64,000 nucleotides of DNA from Chaetodon trifascialis (Eukaryota). Below, one piece after another: positions 56,701-64,000 of this stretch. The stretch covers positions 5,187,152 to 5,251,151 of the forward strand of contig NC_092066.1 in assembly GCF_039877785.1 (NCBI RefSeq). Reading direction: 5' to 3'. The position numbers and the translations under genes are program-made. How positions within the stretch are numbered: the stretch's first letter is position 1; the number at the start of each line of letters is the position of its first letter. The notes under the pieces are model-generated. The model was not told where the DNA came from. It saw only the letters and a program-made list of their open reading frames with translations, and did no database searches.

Positions 56701-59700
56701 CTGTGCTGTGGTCTTGTTAAGTTCAGAGATGTTGTTTGTACAGAGGATACAGCTGAGTGAGAACAGCTGGATCTTCACAGGTAGATAAGACTGCAGCTAA
56801 TGATAATTTCAACACTGAGCTAATCGAGAAGAAATGTCTTTGGCTCACAGTTTCCTCCAGAAATGTCTTGTTTTAGTTGACTAACAGTACAGGACTCAAA
56901 ACTTAATAACTCTGCAATGCTCAAATCTCTTAAATGGAAAAACTGGATCAAAGAATTTTGGACTTTTTTTTATAAGATTATATATCAGTTATCAAAATAG
57001 TTGCTGATTAAATGTCATTAAATGTCAGGCATCTGATCAGTGCCACGTTCACGTTCGGCCTCTGTTTTCTAGAACTTGCATCATGTATCATCCTAAAGTC
57101 AAATATGGAAACAGTTGTAACTTCAACGCTGACACATAAAGCAGCTGAGACAGCTCTGCTTTAACGGACAGAGCATGATGGGAGGTTACAGAAGCACTTT
57201 GAAATGCTGTGCTTCGGCTCAGCCTGGCTGTCTGACCTGTGCGGAGAACGCAATGATGGCAACAGAAATGGCCAAAGTTGCTCCCATAGTGATGACAACA
57301 GCGGTGGTGTCGTGGAAGGAGGCGACGGTTCCCACCATGTATGACAAACTCAGGGTGACCACAACCTGTCGGCACAAAATTCAGCATATTAAACATATTC
57401 AGTACTGTTCAGAAAAGCTCTCTAAAGCTTAACTCCTTCAAACAGAGAGTCCCCTGTTAGGGTCCAGATTGTTTATCCATCCATTATCTATACCGCCTAT
57501 CCCTTTCGGGGTTGCGGGGGGCTGGAGCCTATCCCAGCTACGATGGGCGGGAGGCGGGGTACACCCTGAACCGGTCGCCAGCCGATTGCAGGGCAACATA
57601 TAGAGACAGACAACCTTTCACGCTCACACTCACACCTAAGGAGTCACAAATTAACCCAATGAGCATGTTTTTGGTCTGTGGGAGGAAGCCGGAGTACCCG
57701 GAGAGAACCCACGCATGCACGGGAAGAACATGCAAACTTCACACAGAAAGGCCCCGCCTGACCCGGGGATCAAACCGGCAACCTTCTTGCTGTGAGGCAC
57801 GCGCACTACCTGCTGCGCCACCGTGCAGCCCAGATTGTTTATATCTTTGAATATTTAAAGTCTTTTCTATTGCAGTGTTTGTGCCAGGCTCTGCATGGTG
57901 TACTACCAATCACAATACAGGAAGTGCCTGTCCTAATTTAACATACCAACAAAACCTCAGTGGCTCAGAGTGAATCTGCAAGCATGTGAAAACAACTTTA
58001 GAGGAAACTGAGGTTTTCATCTGGAGACAATAAAAACAAAAGAACAGAACTGCTGATAATGGACCAGTTTCTCAGAGGCCAATTAAACGACTCAGAGGTC
58101 TAAATGTTAAAGAAAACCAAGCAGTGATTAAAAAAATATGGGCCAAAATTTGTTATCAGTACTACTTTAATGGTTTTTGTCTCATACACATCTTTTGAGT
58201 ACTTAGATTGAATACCTTTGCTTCTCTTTGGGCAGTTGTTTGTGTTTTTGACTGAGGAGCATTTAGCTGAGGCAGCAGTCTGCCTGCTTGACCAAAATAT
58301 TTTCACTTCTCTCTGTAGGATGTGACCTCAGGTGTTTCATATCCAAAATACTGTATTTCCTTATACAACTGTGATTCTTCTTTCATATTGTCTAACTGTC
58401 CCTCCAGTCTGTTAAATATTGTGTTATATAGATATTAATGACAAAATCTACTGTATATTGTGTCAAATGAATTTCCCCATTAGATACAGTATTTGGGGCT
58501 TTACGCTCCCATGTTTGTCACCCACCAGTCCCACGATGTTCCAGGGGTGACGCCGACTGAAGGACTTGCAGCAGTTGAGGGCAATGGCGACCACGGCGAA
58601 GACGATGAAGGAGCTGAGGTAGGCCCACAGGTTGGTCTGCACTGCGTCTTTGACCACGCTGGAGAAGGTGAACACACACACCACGCTGAAGGTGAACAGC
58701 AGCTGGAGAGTCAGGATGCTGAACACCTGCACAGAAAACAAGGGGCTTCATTAAGGGGTCCAAGCAGTGAAGCTTTGCTGCTGGGACTCCATTGTTTTTT
58801 ACTCTTCTTCTTCTACACTAAAAGTGTTCATACAGCAAAAACCGTAATACCAGCACGTTTGACCTAACGCTCCAGAAACACTGATGCTTTGATGTGCTTT
58901 GCAGTGTCAGTACAGGGGAAGAATATGTCTTATGCCGGTCCAAGTGGTGCTAGGATGAAGTCAAAGTAGACTAAACCTCCTGAAAACATTATTGTAAACA
59001 TGTACATGTTTATAAAATTAATAATATGACACAGATTTAGTTCAAAACCAGTCAAATGAACACTTCTGGAACAAGAACGACTTGTCCAGGAGTTAGAGAG
59101 ACACTTGTCATGTAAAAGTCTTGTTGTTGTCCTTGAACCAGCCATGATGGCTTCGGTTATTATGACCGTAAACGAGACACTGAACCTCTACCTGCTTGTT
59201 CAGTTAATCGTTTTTGAATGAAGGAAATTAATGCTTTGCACAAATCTCAGATTGATTTATTTTCAAAAGATTTTACAGGCCTGAGCAGTAGAGGGTCCTG
59301 ACACTGGGTTGAGAAATGGTGGTGCAGATTGCAAAACATGAACACAGTGAATACTGTTTACACCTAAAAGCAGCACGGCTCACACAGTTTTGTCATATAT
59401 AGAATATGCAGATGTGCCTGAAGTCGTTAAAACTCACACAAACCTTTCTAACAAACCCTCTTCTCACTGTCTTGTCATCAAAAGAAGATGAAGCTGTGAG
59501 TGGAGTTGTTTCTCACGGGGCCTCTGGGCAGATGTCACGGAAAGACTCATACCCAGACGTAGTTATTTCGACTTTGGGTGGAGGGTACATTGCCGGGGCT
59601 GCAGAGTAAGGTGGAGGTTGTTGGTGGTATGACGGTGGTGGTGGTGGTGGTGGTGAGGATGCATCATAACCAGGAGGGTCCTGTGTCTCTTTGGATATGA

Positions 59701-59722
59701 GGCGGTCCGCTGCATCAGACAT
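53591..59722 (-). CDS. TMBIM (transmembrane BAX inhibitor motif / Lifeguard) family protein, GRINA/FAIM2/TMBIM1-like, gene span, 6 coding exons, about 279 aa. Exons on the minus strand: 59553-59722 (or 59542-59722 under the micro-intron model), 59444-59493, 58526-58726, 57237-57365, 55097-55240, 53591-53725.
   Basis: SSFDDKTVRRGFVRKVFSILTLQLLFTFSVV matches FAIM2 FSWDDQKVRRVFVRKVYTILLIQLLVT. CCKSFSRRHPWNIVGL matches GRINA CCGDFRRKHPWNLVAL. VTLSLSYMVGTVASFHDTTAVVITMGATLAISVAIIAFSAQ, TRFDFT...YGCLGALLYSL and FLMIDCQLLMGMMSYRLDPEEYITAALTIYLDIVLIFLYLLGRR* match the TMBIM C-terminal motif D-T-Q-L-L-G...LSPEEY...LNIYLDII. The N-terminus carries PPxY motifs, as in TMBIM1/GRINA. Which paralog this is cannot be decided without a search. 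Confidence 0.75.
55097..55240 (-). CDS. TMBIM exon 5: TM5 to TM6.
   Basis: Acceptor ttccttgcag, donor CACTG|GTAAGT. Encodes TRFDFTVWYGVLLILAVDVIMFGFFCTFYYSYIADVAYGCLGALLYSL. Confidence 0.85.
55476..56432 (-). mobile_element. 5'-truncated non-LTR retrotransposon (L1/Tx1-like LINE) 3' fragment in TMBIM intron 4: the C-terminal part of ORF2 plus 3'UTR, with a minus-sense poly(A) seen as a plus-strand T run at 55476-55490.
   Basis: The 261-aa minus-strand ORF 55647-56432 ends in the LINE ORF2 C-terminal Cys/His module ...QHFCWRECGSDRADHAHIFWLCPRVQPFWRGV.... An A/T-rich 3'UTR and a homopolymer tail follow. Confidence 0.6.
57237..57365 (-). CDS. TMBIM exon 4: TM3 to TM4.
   Basis: Acceptor ttgtgccgacag, donor ACAG|GTCAGA. 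Encodes VVVTLSLSYMVGTVASFHDTTAVVITMGATLAISVAIIAFSAQ. Confidence 0.85.
57477..57829 (-). mobile_element. Full-length tRNA-derived SINE inserted in TMBIM intron 3, flanked by a perfect 13-bp target-site duplication ccagattgtttat at 57464-57476 and 57830-57842.
   Basis: The tRNA-like end ggatcaaaccggcaacc (reverse complement of the T-arm GGTTCGAATCC region) lies at the high-coordinate end. The identical 13-mer direct repeats abut both element ends. A second partial copy elsewhere in the window shows the sequence is repetitive. Confidence 0.65.
58526..58726 (-). CDS. TMBIM exon 3: TM1 to TM2.
   Basis: Acceptor ttttctgtgcag, donor GACTG|GTGGGT. Encodes VFSILTLQLLFTFSVVCVFTFSSVVKDAVQTNLWAYLSSFIVFAVVAIALNCCKSFSRRHPWNIVGL. 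Confidence 0.85.
59444..59493 (-). CDS. TMBIM exon 2.
   Basis: Acceptor ctccactcacag, donor AAAG|GTTTGT. Encodes (P)SSSFDDKTVRRGFVRK with phase 1 in and phase 0 out. It lies only 59 nt below exon 1. Confidence 0.7.
59553..59722 (-). CDS. TMBIM coding exon 1: Pro-rich N-terminus with three PY motifs (PPGY, PPSY, PPPY). The 3' boundary is unresolved.
   Basis: The ATG at 59722-59720 lies 1 nt after an acceptor (cctccag|aATG). Encodes MSDAADRLISKETQDPPGYDASSPPPPPPPSYHQQPPPYSAAPAMYPPPKVEITTSG. The strong donor GG|GTATGAG at 59552 is out of phase with exon 2. Confidence 0.55.
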
Positions 59723-62700
59723 TCTGGAGGAAACTGTGAGCCAAAGACAAAGTTCAGTCAAATAAAAAGATAAACTTATGCAAAAGCAAACACGGGCTGA
59801 TGGGAGACTTTGTGTTTAGGATGAAGCGGGAAGTTCCTGTTTTACATTATTAAATATAGTGTACAATTTACTCTTTACCTTTGGTGTCTGAACTACTGAG
59901 AAGGATGTTTCTAGCCAGCAGCCAGTGTTGCTGATACACTTTAAAGTTGAATAATACTGCAGTCAGTGTCAGCAAGGTGTAAGCCTGTGTGCGGTTGCAG
60001 TTACACCATGTCGAATGTTCATTCAGACAGCCAAAGACAGTCTCTCTCTCCACATTTCCTCTCTGTTGTTGGTTTAATTTAGTGAAACACTGGCAATTTT
60101 TCAGCATCCGCCCACCAGCACGTAAACGGCATCTCCAACCAGAACTGCTGCTGACTGGTTGCTAAAAAATGGAGTAAACACTAGGAAGTGAAACTTGAGC
60201 TGTGGGGCCACTTCTCTTACAGCAGACTGTGGGGAAATCAGTTTTGTGTCGTGTCCTTCAGGTTTTAAAAGCTGCATGTGGTCTAATAGTCATGATAACC
60301 AATAAAAATCCATAGATTTCATCCAAAGCGCACATTCTGACTCGTCACAGCAGGAAGAGCACAGGTGCTACTAATAATATGAACGATGGCTCTGTTATGT
60401 TCACATGTCCTCGTAATATAAATGGAATTCAGCCATCATTCATTTACTTATCCACACCTCTGCTCTGACCCCTGTGTCAAAAAATGTCTATAAATGAAGC
60501 CATTAAATTACAAAAGCTTTAAACAACCACCTGTCAATGCAGCTAAGTTCAAGTAAAACTACTTCTAAATACATTAGGGTGGACTGGTAATTGTTTTTTG
60601 AGCATTAAACATTGACGTACATGTTCAGTGGCAGTGGCTTTTTCTTCCTCTTCTGATGAATTAACTCAAAATAATACAAATATAATTAGTTTAGAAGGTC
60701 CATTGTTGCGGTTATACTTCCTGGACCTGCCTCCCTTTTAATTCAGATAACTTAAATTAACACAAAAATATCTGATCACCCTAAAGTTTGCTGTCATGTT
60801 GAAAAAAACTAAACACTACAAGCAAATAAAAAAGCAGCAAACAGTAGGATATTTTCTTTTACTTCACACAGCGAATAAGTTCTTTGAAGGAGAATGAAGT
60901 GAGTGTTCTGCTCACCTGTTCTGCTGGATTACAGTCTGATGCTGACAGCAGCGATAGTCCAACACCACACAGAGAGGAATTGAAAAGCCTGTCTGGTGAT
61001 GGTGTCATTTATTCTACCAACCTGTGGTGAAGCGTTTCACTTCCTGTCAGCTTTTGGTCTGTGAGGACTCAGTGCGGAAATGGGAAACTCCACCGTTGCT
61101 TCACAGTAGGTCAGAGGTCATCAAAGTGGGGTCTGGGGACTTCCAGGGGTCCCTGTGCCACTCACACGGGGGCCAATGCAAACCCCGATGTCCAGACTTG
61201 AGCATAATAAGATTATTCACATAAATTATGCTTATTATGAAACTGTCTTCTCTTTTTTACCAGCTCGGTATAAAATCCTAAATTTATAAAACAGTCGACA
61301 AGAAACTCAGCAGAAATGACACGGTAGATGTTCAGAATTCAACTGTTTCTTGCTCATGTTGAAAGTGAAATTAAATTTTCCTTGTTCAGGGAGCTGAGGA
61401 AGATCATGTGATACCATCAAAAGCTCCAGTACGGCCACTTTGTGGTGATGTAGAATTAAGAGGTGAAATGATTAGGCTGAAAATTAATCTAAAACTGTTT
61501 TTATAATCGACTGTTTTATTCTCTTGAAAGACTGAATATGTTTTGGTTTTCAGTTGTTGGACAGATTTGAAGACGACACCTTGAGCTCTGGGAATTTTTA
61601 ATGTGAGTTTGTTGGTTTTTTCATAGCCAAAACAATTAAAAAAAGCTAATAATCATCAGATTAATCAATAGCAAAAATGATCACTGGTTCCAGCTAGGAC
61701 AAAATTAAAGCTTCATTTTCAAAGGCTTCAGTGTTGATAGTTTAGAATGAGGAGAGGAGCTTTAACTCAACTTTAGTCACGTACTAAATAAAATAAGATG
61801 CCGTTCTTTTAAACGAGTAAAAAGTGTCATTTAAATTCTCTCATTAAAATAAAACTTATGGACAGTGTGGTCTGTTTTAGGTCTCGCTGAACATCACAAA
61901 CAACCACAAACGCATCATTGACACTTAAAAACACAAAAGTGACATTCACAAAACATCTCTCACACATATTTATTGTAAAAAATACATATAAAAACAATTT
62001 CTGAGACATACAAAAGATTGGAGCTTAGAAACAGTATATTGAACAGACAAAGACCAAGCCATTTTTCTTGAATTGCATTACATATTTACAATTTAATAAA
62101 TAAAATTCAATTTGTCTTTATACCAGAGTAAAGGCAGATTGTCCATATCTTGGGGATGCAGATACTGTTGTGGTGACTCTCTGAAAAACATTCTCATCTA
62201 ATACATCAGCCTCAATGCGCAGGGCACACAGGGGACCGCTGCCCTGCGATTCAAAACCAAGGATTTAGGGACATTTATACAAAACACCATCCTTGGTTGG
62301 AGAGGAGCAAGTTTACACACAGAGCGTTTAGTTAGCATTGGTAAAAATTGAGGTATTGCACCACACAGCTTAGAGGGGGTAAGAAAGTAAATGAGAGTAA
62401 TGTGGGGTTTTAGATTGTCTATTTTCTTTATTGACAACCCAACACCGCCACCAAACCCCACCCCCCAAACACACACACACACACAAACACCCCCGCCCCT
62501 CCCAGCCAGAGTACACAACATCATAACTTATCACCACAACAAATGTAACATCTAATGATCAATGCAGCTCGTCTTCCGCACACTCTCACACAATGCCCCC
62601 GGTGCACAGACAGACATTTGGCATCATTTTTTTTCTATTCACCAGTACAAAAAATGAGAAACATGCACAGGGCTGCCCTCTAGTGGCGAGACAAGTCGTA

Positions 62701-64000
62701 GCACCTCGGACTGCAGAACGTCAAGGACCGGAAAAGAAAGGAGGAGGGGGAAGAAAAGGCTGGGGTGAACAAACAGCCGGTGGGAGACCTGCACTCTGGG
62801 CTGACCTCTGAACTGATCCATACCACTGGTGAGCACACATGGGACAGACTTGCCTTTTGAAGAGGCAGTAAACACAATCACTGCGTGTTTTGTTCTTTCC
62901 TGTGGTCGCCTGGCCTGCGTACAATCTTAATCAGACCGCATCTGTCGAGCAGCCTTACTGCTGTGCTTCCAGCTCAGCTCAGCCCTAAAAACACTACAAG
63001 CACTGCTTGCACAAGAACCCCTTCACCAAGCAAAGGCAATCAAAACACACAAAAAGGCAAAGGAAAGCCATTTAACACATTTAGCAATTATCATGATCGT
63101 AATGTGATGATATATCTAAAATCCTAAAAACAAGGGGGGGGGGGGGTTGGGGCGAGTTATGTAATAATTAACCATCAGCTGTTCATAGCCTCCAGTGTTG
63201 GAAAGAGAGGCAGATGCCACATGGTGTAAACATGCCCCCAAAAATACATCCCTCAGTCCACCATCCTTTTGTCCTCCTCGATCTGGCATTAATGTAACCA
63301 GATGGCGAAACTGTCTCTTGGTCCAAAAATCCGGACTAAACCCCAGAGAGTGCTCAAGAGTTGAGGAGGGAGGAGTGGGTGGTGGGACAAAAACTCAGAC
63401 CGCATTCAACATACAAAGGGACCACATGAGCCGCCATGTTGCGTACCAATACCACACGTAACGGGATGTTCGCCAGAGTGACTGCACTTAAAAACGAGCT
63501 TTAAAAAAATGAGAAGGGTGACCCGCTCGACCAAGCAGACTTCCGGGCAATTTACAGTAAATAGACACAAAACCACACACTTTCAGTCATGCTCGGGACA
63601 TTTCCTGTCCCTGGTCATAACAAATACATACACACACAACCTTCACCCAGACATAATGTGGGGGGAAGGGAAAAAAAAAAATCAGCCTTGAAGGACAAAA
63701 GTGCTCAAATTGGTGCCAACACCAGCGCTACTATGGCCCTATGAAATACCTACAACCTCCATAAACACTCAGCAAGTAGCAGCACATTAAACTCAGAGCT
63801 AACTAACCACCTACAAGACAACTGACCTACTCAGAACAAGCCTCCAAACTTCCCCTGAAATGTTTACAGGTAATAAAAAAAGGAAAACACCAAGTAACGG
63901 CAGCCCCCATTCACCAAAAACAAGCCCTCAACCTCCAGCCGGTTCAAAATAAAGCATGTTTATGTGTCAACAGTTCACGCTTTCAGTGTGAGGTTGGTTC

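Noticed and set aside
59633-59655. (TGG)7 / (CCA)7 microsatellite.
   Set aside because: It lies within TMBIM coding exon 1 and encodes the Pro7 run between PY motifs, so it is listed as coding sequence, not as a non-coding repeat.
1-64000. CRISPR arrays, operons, prokaryotic defence systems.
   Set aside because: The sequence is unambiguously eukaryotic (spliced multi-exon genes, SINE/LINE content, CpG islands). No direct-repeat/spacer arrays are present.
60000-64000. Possible additional gene distal to the TMBIM 5' end (ORFs at 62198-62524, 62593-62811, 62885-63127).
   Set aside because: All are short, low-complexity (poly-G at 63134-63146, CA repeats, Pro/Gly-rich) and lack family similarity or convincing splice structure. 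More likely TMBIM 5'UTR exons, promoter or intergenic sequence; I could not support a model from sequence alone.

Overview
Vertebrate (teleost fish) nuclear genomic DNA, not prokaryotic: multi-exon genes with GT-AG introns, CpG-island promoters, SINE/LINE/MITE-like repeats and interstitial TTAGGG tracts. By reading the translations against known protein families I reconstruct seven protein-coding genes. They are a MYADM-like MARVEL protein (+, single coding exon), nfatc4 (-, 13 coding exons), ltb4r (+, 4 coding exons), sdr39u1 (+, 6 exons), mettl17 (-, 14 exons), parp2 (+, 17 exons, including an extra WWE-domain exon) and a TMBIM/Lifeguard-family gene (GRINA/FAIM2/TMBIM1-like; -, 6 exons). Every model closes as an integer number of codons except the TMBIM exon 1/exon 2 junction. 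NFATC4, LTB4R, SDR39U1, METTL17 and PARP2 all map to human 14q11.2-q12, so the window is a compacted conserved-synteny block. mettl17 and parp2 are head-to-head across a roughly 560 bp putative bidirectional promoter that carries a perfect NRF1 palindrome and a 28-nt T run. Exon coordinates come from manual splice-site and phase reconstruction and should be taken as accurate to within a few bp. No CRISPR arrays or prokaryotic systems are present; the most unusual items are the PARP2 WWE exon, the TMBIM exon 1/exon 2 frame anomaly and two GC-AG introns.
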